A DNA stretch of 64,000 bases, taken from the NCBI RefSeq assembly GCF_000150275.1, contig NW_002060955.1, forward strand, positions 1,222,287 to 1,286,286. The letters run 5' to 3'. The notes under the pieces are model-generated. The model saw only the letters and a program-made list of their open reading frames with translations. It made no database searches and had not been told where the DNA came from. Source of the DNA: Trichoplax adhaerens. Lineage: Eukaryota; Animalia; Placozoa. A program made the translations under genes and the position numbers. Shown here in pieces: positions 12,858 through 23,935 of this stretch (the stretch's first letter is position 1; every line of letters starts with the position of its first letter).

Positions 12858-14096
12858 TTATCGCCTAGAATCGCGGTACAAGCTATCATGAAGATATTGT
12901 TCAACTTGAGGCCAATTTAACATTCTTGTATGGAGATTACAATAGACTGTTAACAATAGAAATTGCTGCAGTTATAAGCTGCTATAGCAAATTGCCTATC
13001 TATACGCGTATAATATTATTATACTTACTCTACTCTCATTTACTATCAAAGACTCAACTCTGATCAGTAGTTGCATATCGTGTTCTTAATCTAGCCACTA
13101 TAGTACCAGCTATACAAAATACGTGAATGTGATTTCTTATAGCAATACACTATTCAACGCATACAGCCAGCGATGACTTGACTGAAGCAGTAAACTCTGC
13201 CTCTTTAGGAGATGCGACCTGTAGATGCTCTGCATGTCCATACCGAAGAAACGAACTAGTCTATATAGCATGCTTTATGCTCTTATTAATCAATTTAGAA
13301 CACCTTACTAAAATGATGGAGTAGTTCCTCAAAATAGAAGACTAAATTAATGCATTTTAACCTTTCTCATCCAATTTTGGCTAGTCCAATGTATCCAATA
13401 CTAGTGGCATAAGCTGTGCAATTAGTCAAGGTCATGAGTAGTGCTTATGTTTTATGTACAAAAAGAAATATGGTATATAGTTACAAATTGAATGCAACAA
13501 GCTGCCAGTCATGCTGATGTCGCTAACGTATCTGTATTGACAGTACTATACCTTACCATGGACTATGGAACTACTAAGAACTTGTAAAAGAAGACTATTT
13601 TTAGTAATCCTATATGATTAAGTCGCATGCATGCAAAGTAGCTGACGAAATTCGAATGTCGTTCTCCTGTAGAAGGAAATCGGAGCATTCTGTGTAGCCT
13701 CATGTGAATCAGGACGGCACACTGCACAGTGAACCAGGCCAGTATAAGGTCTAAACATCTTCGTATAACGTTTCTGAATTTCATTTACATGCATCCTCAC
13801 TTCGGCAATTACTATAGATTGAAATGGATTCAGATAATAATTTAACTGTATCTGTTTTACAACGGGCATTCCACATCTAGTTTTAAAATACTGTAAGTTA
13901 GTAAATTTAGATACAATTATACTCGGGATTGATTTGGCGACAATTGTTTCACTAACTGTGAAAGTAGTATTTCCTCCATGTACAAAACCGACTTAGCAGC
14001 ATGCTATTGGGTCTAGAGATTTCAAAATTTTTCTATCTCTAGGCAACACGTTAGCAGCTAATTTACATGTGCATCGCGGACAGTATAGTGTCCCAT
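12858..14096 (-). CDS. putative highly divergent Mediator subunit MED20-like gene (or pseudogene); exon chain not fully resolved
   Basis: Candidate exons: 14096-14067 (MGHYTVRDAH), 14003-13957 (HAAKSVLYMEEILLS), 13876-13801 (CGMPVVKQIQLNYYLNPFQSIVIAE), about 13609-13557 (ITKNSLLLQVLSSSIVH), 13260-13165 (TSSFLRYGHAEHLQVASPKEAEFTASVKSSLA), 13084-13029 (HDMQLLIRVESLIVNESR), 12965-12858 (QFLLLTVYCNLHTRMLNWPQVEQYLHDSLYRDSRR*). Block order and hydrophobic pattern follow MED20 as recalled. Some internal junctions are phase-ambiguous. Minus-strand AATAAA at about 12348. Confidence 0.4.
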
Positions 14097-14189
14097 TGCA
14101 GGCATGCAGTACAGGTGAAATGACTAGAAAAAGAATCGGTCGGAAAATTTTTACCTTGATATGGTCAATATACTACCGTACATTACGCC

Positions 14190-14420
14190 AGGTACAGTAC
14201 TTTTCTACAGTGCTGTGCACTGTAGTCTACAGTACTGTATAATACCAACTGTACTGTAGTAAAATGACCAAGAACGACATCTGCGCATGCTACAGTTCCT
14301 GCAACAAGGCATTGAGAGACTAGAGGAGCAACCATCTTGTCTTACCTGGGAATTGCTTTCCTCTTGCCTATCGAATAATACTATTGAGCGAAAGTTTCGA
14401 AATTAGCCTTAGATCAATCA
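14190..14420. promoter_or_regulatory. putative bidirectional promoter (MED20-like / MRPS18B)
   Basis: Short GC-richer gap between divergent start codons; cluster of CAGTAC/TACTGT motifs at 14190-14260. Confidence 0.45.
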
Positions 14421-16046
14421 TGTTGAGCCGTTGGGGTATATTAGATCGTCGATGGATATCAGCGATACGACAATTGGCCGGAAATGGGTGCTCTCTGAAG
14501 CCAGTACAAGCGCTATGGAGCGGATGGAGTAGACCTATTTATACGAGTCCACTGAGCTTGCAAGATCAACCGCTTCGGGGTCGAGGTCGAAGAACTGAAA
14601 CGGATGAAAGCAGAAGAGCAAACACCAGCACGAATACTACAACAGGTAATTTAGCATGAAAGTTGGATGCTACTAGTAGGTAATGTGGATCAATATGAGC
14701 CATATAGCCATGCTGATCGGCTCATTTTATATCATAAAAATTTGCAATCATCTTTTTTCGAGCTTGCCAGTCGTGCAAATTTTTTTTACTTATTCAATTA
14801 TGCTGATTCTGCCTTACTTTATATTTGCTGAGAATGAACGGTATTATGAAAGATAGATTTGGAATAGCAGAAATTGTCAAGGCCTCAGGATTGCCATCTT
14901 AATTGTAATGTCATCTTTTTTTCATTTTGATGATATGTCGTTGCAGAAAGTAAACCTGTATGGGCATCATACAGACGAAATCATAAAGGCATGATTCCAC
15001 CTCAGGTAATGGCTATTGTTAGATCAAATCTTGATTGATCCTGACTACATTTCTGCATTATTGATACTGACGGTTATTCCAATCATTTTCTCTTTACATT
15101 CGCCTCATGTGGATCACTTTTAAATGACTCCGAATTCAGAAAACAAGACTTCGATGTGTCGTAAGTTGAGAATGATAGTTTCCAGAAATCATTCTAAATG
15201 AATCGTACTACATTATAGATAGAAATACAGTACAATACTACATAGATAGCAGCTTGTGTCCAACTGGCTCAAGATACTAGTGTAGACAACCACGTATGGT
15301 TAAATGGTATATTGTCTACCTCACTCATTCGCTTCAATTTTCTTTCTGTAGAGAAGAGGTAAGGTAGCATCCAATCCATGTCCGATATGCCGACAAAAAT
15401 CTGGAACCTTGGATTACACAGTGAGTAATGCTACGGTAATTGGCATCATTAAACTATTTTAATGACGGAGGTGACAACCGTGCTTGCATGGCCTCCACAG
15501 TATTTGCTAGCGTTGTGTACCAATCTCATAAGCCTTGAAAATATGAGGCGATACGATCGTTTGATAATATTCTATTTTGCTGTTATTCCTGTCATAGAAT
15601 GTAAACTTTCTGAAGCAATTCATTTCACCTTTTACTGGCAAGATATATGAACCATTCGTAACAGGTATTATCTATATTGAGGTTCATGTCTATTTTAGCT
15701 AATGGATATAGGTACTAGGATAGGTTGACAAATTCTACTCTTATTGCACATCTAATTCTAAAGAATAATCATTAAAAGTAGCCGTAACAATTTTTGCGAT
15801 AATCAGGTGTATGCAGATTATCACATAAGAGATTGGTCAAATCAATAGAAAAGAGTCGAAATTTAGGTATAAATATTTAGTTTGAATGTTTTACATAGGA
15901 TCATTCTCTATTTTTATGGGCTTAACGCAAGGTTTAGTATTAAATGTCTTCATGGTTTCTGACATAATTTAGGTTTACTACCTACTCCAATCCCATTGAA
16001 TTTACCTATACCCGAACAACCTATGTCACGGAATGATTCGCTATGA
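14420..16046 (+). CDS. MRPS18B: mitochondrial small-subunit ribosomal protein mS40 (S18b); 7 exons
   Basis: Exons 14420-14645, 14947-15005, 15140-15160, 15352-15420, 15598-15664, 15807-15866, 15973-16046. These give an Arg-rich presequence, then [41 protein letters not shown]...NVNFLKQFISPFTG...TGVCRLSHKRLVKSIEKSRNLGLL, which are hallmark MRPS18B motifs. Confidence 0.95.
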
Positions 16047-16409
16047 AGATAACCTATATTTAATCTAATAGCTACTTCGCTTACGTTACTAAACTACGAT
16101 ATCCAAAATATTTAATCCATGATATATTTTGCGTGTAATGATTTAACCATTTGCTGATTGTAATGTATAAAGTTGTTAAGCAACATTGATTCTCTTTTAT
16201 TATTACTGCGTAAAGGATTAAAGATTATGCTTAATACAGTGTTAACCGTGCTTTTAGATTTTTAAAGCTAGTAATTCTGTAGGTAGGCCTGAATCATTTA
16301 GATGTTTATCATCTATTTATTCACATCTAGCCATCGTCAGATTAGTAATTTCACATTCTCGCCAGTAGCGGACCGTTCGTATTTTACTACGATATGCACA
16401 GAGAGGTTT

Positions 16410-16557
16410 CTAAATCCTAGTGACTTTCTTATAGTACAGTACATTGTTTGCTCTGAAACAGCTGTAGCTGAAATAATAAAGTAATAATAATAACAGCAGA
16501 AGAGTCAGAAGTGCCGTAATCAGAAATACCAAATTAGAACTTTTTATGAACTTGTCT
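16410..16557 (-). other. candidate terminal exon of an unidentified single-pass membrane protein
   Basis: AG acceptor, then DKFIKSSNLVFLITALLTLLLLLLLLYYFSYSCFRANNVLYYKKVTRI*; downstream minus-strand AATAAA at about 16196; upstream exons not resolved. Confidence 0.3.
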
Positions 16558-16898
16558 CTAATTACTATATTTAAGAAGTCGGATAAATCCTCAAATTAGT
16601 AAAATGGATAATGACCAGCAAGTGTATGAATTTCCTTCGGTTGCCTTGCATAATTAGTCAACGATATAGCTAATTGTTCATAAATTTATTCAAGGAAAAT
16701 AATTATCCATAACTATAGCAATGTGCAGTACGTTACATTAGACCATTTTACATCGAATGGTTCAACTTCTGTTCAAATTGAGTTCTAAAAACGATAAGTT
16801 ATTTAGGAATACGTAGAAACCAGGTCAAGGTATTAAAACAGTAATAAGCAATCATATAGACCAGTGTTACTTAAACAAGTATACTTATGAAGGTAGAG

Positions 16899-17150
16899 CA
16901 TGTACTTAAAGCTTTAAGATATCTCAAACTAAATTCGAGCATTTAAATTTCTCATGAACAGGGCAGGGCCTATTCTAAGACAAGGGTTCATTTTCTTGTC
17001 AAGAACACGTACTTTTAATATGTTTATGAAGTTACAGCATGTACCTGATGCTTTATGATATCTTAAACTGAATCAGAACGTTTGAATTTCTCATAAACAA
17101 GGTTGGGCCTATTTTAAGACACATTTTCATTTTCTTATCAAAAACACGTA
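16899..17150. repeat. degenerate tandem duplication, about 139-bp unit, two copies
   Basis: CATGTAC...GATATCT..AAACT...TTTCTCAT.AACA.GG..GGGCCTATT.TAAGACA...TTCATTTTCTT.TCAA.AACACGTAC at 16899 and 17038. Confidence 0.8.
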
Positions 17151-17441
17151 CATTTTCAAATTATAATTCAATATAAGTTGAGCGGCTACAAAACTGGATT
17201 CTATTTTCAAGTTGATCACGATGCCGAAACAAATTACAGCATTATTTAACAAATATTTCCAAATCGTTTCCTGTTAAATTAATGTTGCGGTCATTTAATG
17301 AGCCTCTGCAGTGTTGTATATAATGTTCAAGTCAAAAATTTCATGGTGTATTTCTGGAATGTATTCATGGTAAGCCTTCAGTTATCATAAAATTAAGATA
17401 TTTTTTCTGTCTAGTAATTGCTATAAAATTGTCTATGAACC

Positions 17442-18076
17442 TGTTACAAAATAGCTTTGCAACAAGATAACGTAATGCGCGATCAATCAGTCGATTCCCT
17501 GAACTACGTATCAGGGAGTAGTATCTACTATTTCAGGAACTTTTTCCTATACTAATAGACTACAAAAAGACTTGGATGTCTCGTATCTTACGTTAAACAC
17601 TAATCTTAAGAACTAACTTTATTATACGATTTATCGCATTTATATACTCTTTTACATTAGCAAAGACATCCTGGTAAGTAATATTAACGTTGAAACCTGA
17701 TAATGAATCAAAAGCTAATTATGTCTACTGCCACCTAATGAAGACAACAGTGTTTACGAACATAGACATCGAATGACTAATATAAAATTGTCAGATTACA
17801 ATATTTCCTATCACGCAACATGTCTACGATAATCTACAATCTACCATAAGTAAATTACAATCACAGTTATTTGAATTGTAAGATTATTCTCGATTCCCCA
17901 ATTAAACTACTAATTTCAGTAGGCTATATATATCACCATAAAAGCTAGTGCTATATTTAAATATCACATATCTAAATTAGTGACTCTTCATATAAGGGTG
18001 AATCAACAAAATCATCCTAACATACAGTAGATGTTTCTACTATAATCTCGATATAACAGTGTATAACACTGTAACA
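17442..18076 (-). mobile_element. solo LTR, family A copy 2
   Basis: Starts TGTTACA and ends TGTAACA; perfect 5-bp TSD GAACC (17437-17441, 18077-18081); homologous along its length to 5804-6425. Confidence 0.85.
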
Positions 18077-18480
18077 GAACCATAAACAATTTTATGGCAA
18101 ATACTGGAAAGAGATGTATGATACCCTTAAAATTGAATCTAACATAAGTAAACTAGAATGAGAACTATGCCAATTCTGTGGTTATTTGCATGAAAATTTC
18201 GTTTTACGACGGCAAAAAGCAAGCAGAAATATTGTAATAACAGAAAAAGTCAAAGCAAGTCCATTATACAAACAAATGAAAAAAATTTATTTTTATATGT
18301 CATCACGTTATCAAATATGCTTGTAGCTCTCGACTGTTCTTCGTTATTTTTTTTTCTCAAACTACCATATTCGTATTCCGTTTTTATGACAGCCGTATTG
18401 GCATCAGTTTTATATGAGATCGTTAATTTCCACGTTGCAAGAATGCTTCATTTCCAATTCTTTAGCTGCATTTTGCTAAG

Positions 18481-18526
18481 TATATATGAACGTGACCGTA
18501 TGCGAAATCGGTCACGTTCATATACA
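18481..18526. repeat. 46-bp palindromic element, copy 2
   Basis: TATATATGAACGTGACCG-TATGCGAAAT-CGGTCACGTTCATATACA. Confidence 0.85.
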
Positions 18527-19559
18527 TACACGCTCATACAAAAATAAATGAACACGGTAGCCATCGATGTAGTTTTCAAAAAAAATGAAAAAATATCCGT
18601 AATACCACTGGCAGAGATTAATAATTAAGGTAGTAATAGCAATTCCATCAAAACAGTTAGAGCTAATATGGTTTCATTAAAATATAAAAAAAAATTATTA
18701 AAATGTAGCCTATATGAAGCTCACTATAATCCTATATTTCGGCCCTATTAAAGTACGACAAAATAATTGTACTGTTAATAACTTGTAAATAGTAACATCC
18801 AGTTTATATGTCATTAACAATTGAAGTAACGATTAACTGTATACCTATTTTACAACTTTCAGCGTTATAGACTTGATAAAGCAAAGGGTATTCTTCTTTA
18901 CGATATTATTAAAAACTTGCATTATCGTAATCTAATCAAAAAATTCTTATTTTCATAGCTAGAGGATCTAGCCCAGCCACGTTACGGGGGTTACTTTATC
19001 AAGAATTCAATATATACCTTACGCCATTTATTAATACTTGTTAAGAAACAGAATTAGTCATTGATGCTCATAAGGAGATGAAATGATTCATTGCCAAAAG
19101 TTCTTATATCAAATTACGGCTATAGAACGACTATGCTATTTAATGTATTTATGATATTAAATGTCTAGTAGATGGCAATGATATATCGAAGAATTTAATA
19201 GTGAGATTTTAATGATTTCATTTTTTACCATAATTTAATCAAAATTTGCTTCAGCATTTATAGAATATACCAATAACGTTAGCACAACTATGAAAAAATT
19301 AATGCAGGGTGATAGTTAAAATACTTGATGGACTGTTTATGATGCATGTTTATTTTCATTTCGATATAAAAGAATAGCTATTGATTAGTTTTAGATTTCC
19401 GTGCGTCGTAATGATTACATTTTCCTGTAATTTACATCTGCATAGACTGATTAAAGATTTACAAGTAGAGAATATCCTAAACAATGGCTTCCTGTTATCA
19501 TTGAGAAAAGAAATAGCACTTATTTGACCGTAGTATTAGCTATACATTGGCTGTAATAA

Positions 19560-19613
19560 TTTGACAGAATAAGCTTAACTATACATGATTTGACAGAGTA
19601 AGCTTAACTTTAC
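19560..19613. repeat. short tandem duplication, about 28-bp unit, two copies
   Basis: TTTGACAGA(A/G)TAAGCTTAACT(A/T)TACA twice. Confidence 0.7.
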
Positions 19614-19689
19614 AAGACGCTTTGTAGCTAGCAAAAAAGAAACGGATATAAAATAAAGGATAAGCCAGCTAGAATTGTCATTTAGTTCA

Positions 19690-20620
19690 TAAAATAGATA
19701 TAGTATGCAGAATAATATTTTCAAATAACTAATATACGAGACTAATATTGCGATCCATTCCAGGCGTCATAGAATTAATTTATTTATGTTAGGTATTGGA
19801 TTGCAAAGTCATCATGACATGGATGACATGTAAATTTCTGAGTAATGTAGGGCAATTAAAAATTCTTTTCGCATCTGTGCTTGTGAGTTTCGTCGTATTA
19901 GTTTTGCTATGCATATTGTGATTTAGTTGTTATTTATGAAAATATCATGTTTACAAAAAAAGATAACAAGCTTCAGTATTGTATGTTGAAGACACTGTGT
20001 TTATTATCCTGACTCTAGTTTACTACTAGTTACTTCGCCTAAGTAAAGCGATAAGTGATTGTTATAATTCTACCATTAATGTAATAATCATTGATAATAT
20101 CATGTTTGCATTTTGTGTTTATTATTTAAGGCAATACTTACGGACAACAATGTAGAAAAGTATAAAAATTATATCAAGCTGAAATTTTTAGTTTCAGTAC
20201 AAGCTGCTACTGTTTAATTGATACTAAAGCCAGCACAAATAATCTTGAGTAGATACTCTTCATGAGTATTGCATTGATCAATATAAGACAGATGCCAAGC
20301 AAATATATTATTCTCTCATAAATATTGTAAATATGAAGATCAAATTGAATGCAATGCAATTTATTAGAGAAAAAAATATTCATATATTTTAGCACACTTT
20401 TTAACTCTTATCCTTGAGAGGTAATGGCTGGTCATAGTGTTGATGATAAAATGATATCTGTAAGAATGGCGGTATATAATGAATAAGTACACACCCAAAA
20501 ATTTAATTGAATGAACAGTATTTAAGAGTAGAAGGAGCTAAACAATCTTGGAAGTATGCACGAGAATCGGTTACATCGATTGTGATAAACATAGCAAGCG
20601 GTAGCGGCGCAGAGGACTTT
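19690..20620 (-). pseudogene. possible heavily decayed rhodopsin-family GPCR
   Basis: Frame-shifted fragments in TM order: FIQLNFWVCTYSLYTAI / SYRYHFIIN (xRY-like) / DYLCWL / RRNSQAQMRKEFLIA / LCNPIP / WIAILVSYISY..ILYLF; many stops. Confidence 0.22.
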
Positions 20621-23600
20621 ATTTTCAAATTCATTTTAGTAAGGGATGCACTTTATACCTACGGGTATATCCGACTAAAATATCATTTATATCACGCAGG
20701 TACCGTATTTTTATTAAAATAATGGTACTAACCATTAAGCACCGGGTAATGGCTCATTTCAAGTGTGAAAATAAGGTGTAAGGGAATGCATTTCGACAAT
20801 CGATATAATCGATTTTAGTTGTCAATGACCTGAATATTGGTCTTCTTAACGTTGTTGTTATCACATCGATTTCATAGAACGATATCGAAAATAATTAATA
20901 TTGATAGCTTTATGCGTAGTTTGTCCATTATTAATAATTCAATCGATAAAAATAAAACAATGATTAAGTTAATTATGTTCGATAAAAAATTTAATTAATT
21001 GGAGGATTTGTGTAGATAGTTTCCATTTAGAAAATGTTATCATTTTAATATTTTAACTTGTTCTATTGATTTGAAAAATCGCCATAATTTTCTAATACTG
21101 TTTCAAGAGACAGCTATCTTTTGATAGCATAAGCTATTACCGTAAGATAGATAGCACAAGTTTTTTATATCCTACGAGTATTTATTATTTCAATGTAGAT
21201 TGTCTATGCGGCAGCTTAGGAAGAGTGTTGTTGCTGTGGCTATACGATTTATTTCATTTTTCTATTGAACAATTATTTTTTTTATTTATCTCTCTATCTC
21301 TTCATCTATTTACCAAATCGATAAAATGCTATTAATAAACATACAGTATCATAATCGACCTTAGCGAAATAAAGGTGACTGTCAATCATATTTCGAATTG
21401 TAGGTTAACGGATCATTAAACGAGATTTCTAGTTTGCCGCAAGCTGTTACATAACGCTTCGACTCAATCATAATGTGGTATTCCTATTTTTATTATTTGA
21501 TAGCAATCAACCTTTTTTATTTTCATCGCTATTAATTATGATCAATACCTTGAATAAAGGAAATAAATAAATGATTTTATCCGTACAAATGGCTTCTATC
21601 TTTACTGAAATTAGCATTAAAAATGTTCAAGTTGAAAAGTGAATGGCGTTACAACCTATGATGAGCAGAGTCGATAACATTTATCATCAACAATACTCGT
21701 ATCTTATTTAATTGAAAGTATCGGCGATAACTAATCAAGTACACAATTGGTATAAGTAGTACTAATTCATCAAAAGGATAGCGATCAATCAATGGTATTT
21801 CTTGAAAATACGATCTCCATCATAAAATAAATCATCAATAGGCCAACGTTACATAACAATAAATATATTGATTGTTGTATTTTTTCTAATCTATACTTTA
21901 TTCAAGAGAAAATAAATGCATTTCTCCTTTTTATTATAGCTGCAAGAGAATATACTGCAGCGGTATTGAATATCTTTTTTATTAATGTGGGTTAAATTGT
22001 TTAAAAAACAAAAAATTTACATGATTATTCATTGGAAGGCAAAGAGGAGAAAAAAATAATTAATCTAAATTTGAAGAAACAATAGCCATCAAGGTAGGAA
22101 GAAAGAGCCAGATGTTATTATTTAATGTTGATAGGTTGGATTTAATTATCAGTTTAGCATTTTCAATATCGTCCCATTCTTGGTTAAAATCGATCTGGCT
22201 GTCTATACCATGGTATTACATTGTTAGTTCAGCTAACTATTTTCTCCTTATTGTTTAGGACAATAATCAAGTCAAGATTTAGACATCATCATCATCATCA
22301 TCATTATAACCTACTCAGCCACTGTAAAAGCTATACCTAGATTAGACTATTACAATGTATAATATTGAATATTAGTCGATCAGACATTTCTTTGTATTCC
22401 CCCAAAAAAGAAATTATCGCTAATAATTTGATGTCTTTCATAGTTTGTACTTGTGGTGAACCTGCGTCGTACAACTAGTCGTTTAATTGGACTTATTCAT
22501 TTTAGGATAGAAAATTCACTATTACGAGCTAGTTGAATTGATCAAAATTGCAAGCAATCGTTCCGAAATATTATCTTGGAGAAGAGACATCGACTCTTTA
22601 TTATTCGATCACTGGATGAAGATTGGAGGTATTGAAAATTAGACTTACTTTTTTTCATGCCAACAGAGTAGCATTTTTACTTTTCTTTTCAATCATACCT
22701 TTTTTAATCCTCCTTCTCACTCAATAATCTATTCTCAATCATCATTTCCACTGATTATACTTTCAACATTAGTCTATGATGGATCATTTTTATACCCTAT
22801 CAAATCAAGCTATCGACAATAGCTCCAATCCTAACGTTACAGTAGATTACTATGGGTAAAAATAATGGTGCTTGCCTATCATGTTCATGTTGCGATCTTA
22901 CGCCATAATAATACCAAGCAAGGCAATCAAGACCTTCTTTATTTACTAATACCATCATTATTTTTTTCTTCATGCGCTATAATGGATCAATTCTAATTCT
23001 AATCGTCCTGTCTTCGTTGCTTATCACGCAAAAGCGATATCTTTATCGTTGAAATACCCAGGAAAAAACAAATAGTAGATATTGGATTTTTGAACCATTT
23101 TTAATTCTAATCATTCTATCCACCCAGAGTGATTCAAGAGGCAATAAACTTGAAAGTGAATCAGCTTGCTTTTAGTAGTGTATCATGGTAGGAATAGACT
23201 GATATTTTAATGCACATTATCGTCTTGGTTAGTCTTCTTTATACTAGGACCAGCATCCATCCATCGATCATCCTATCGTTTTTTATTGAATCGCTGTTAA
23301 AGTATCTGAGCATAAAAGTTATTTATTTTTTATCGAGAATGTCAAGCTCTAACTGTAGCAATTGGTATTCTCTTACTGGCTCTGTTTATTTTTTTCCTTT
23401 TAGCCAGATATAAACTAAAATCCTATTTATAACTCCAATAAGTTTGACATTGACCTTGATCTAACGATAAATTAGTAGATTCAATTAAATCAATGATCAT
23501 TCGAACTATATAAATCGAGTCAAAATAATGATCATCAAGCCATTGGCTTAGTAATTCAGTCTAGCTTAATCGTTACAATAAAGTATTTTATTGCTTGATT

Positions 23601-23935
23601 TATAGTCATTTTCAGTATCAATGTTAATCCAAAGAATAAAATGAAAGTAGACTACTCTATGTGGAACAAATCTCTGGTTAATTGATCTCAATCTATCTCA
23701 TGTTATTTAGTCTAAATTACTTATCAGTATGATGCAAAGAATAATCGTGTGACTAAGCGATCTAGAATAACATCATTTCATTTTAATTTCTTTTATCTCT
23801 CCATTTAAGGAATAGAATAATTTTTGCTATCGAAGACATTACGCGATATATCTAGTACCAAGAAGACGATTCGGTCCTTGATATCAAGTTGGAAGCGCCA
23901 ATTGTTCAGGTGGTACAACTAACTGCAGAAGTAAA

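Noticed and set aside
13160-13215. SECIS-like ATGA...AA element
   Set aside because: Helix II pairs poorly, there is no upstream plus-strand Sec ORF, and the region is better explained as a minus-strand exon.
13640-13720. Minus-strand U-F-T-U-G-Y frame resembling a SelT CxxU or SelL UxxU selenoprotein
   Set aside because: Spacing to DIRI is wrong, the GAFEI/VWSKL motifs are absent, and no SECIS was found.
5804-18076. One 12-kb LTR retrotransposon bounded by the two family-A repeats
   Set aside because: Each repeat has its own TSD, and the interior contains host genes with no gag/pol.
22284-22303. (CAT)n microsatellite as a poly-His/Asp coding tract
   Set aside because: No surrounding ORF or splice signals.
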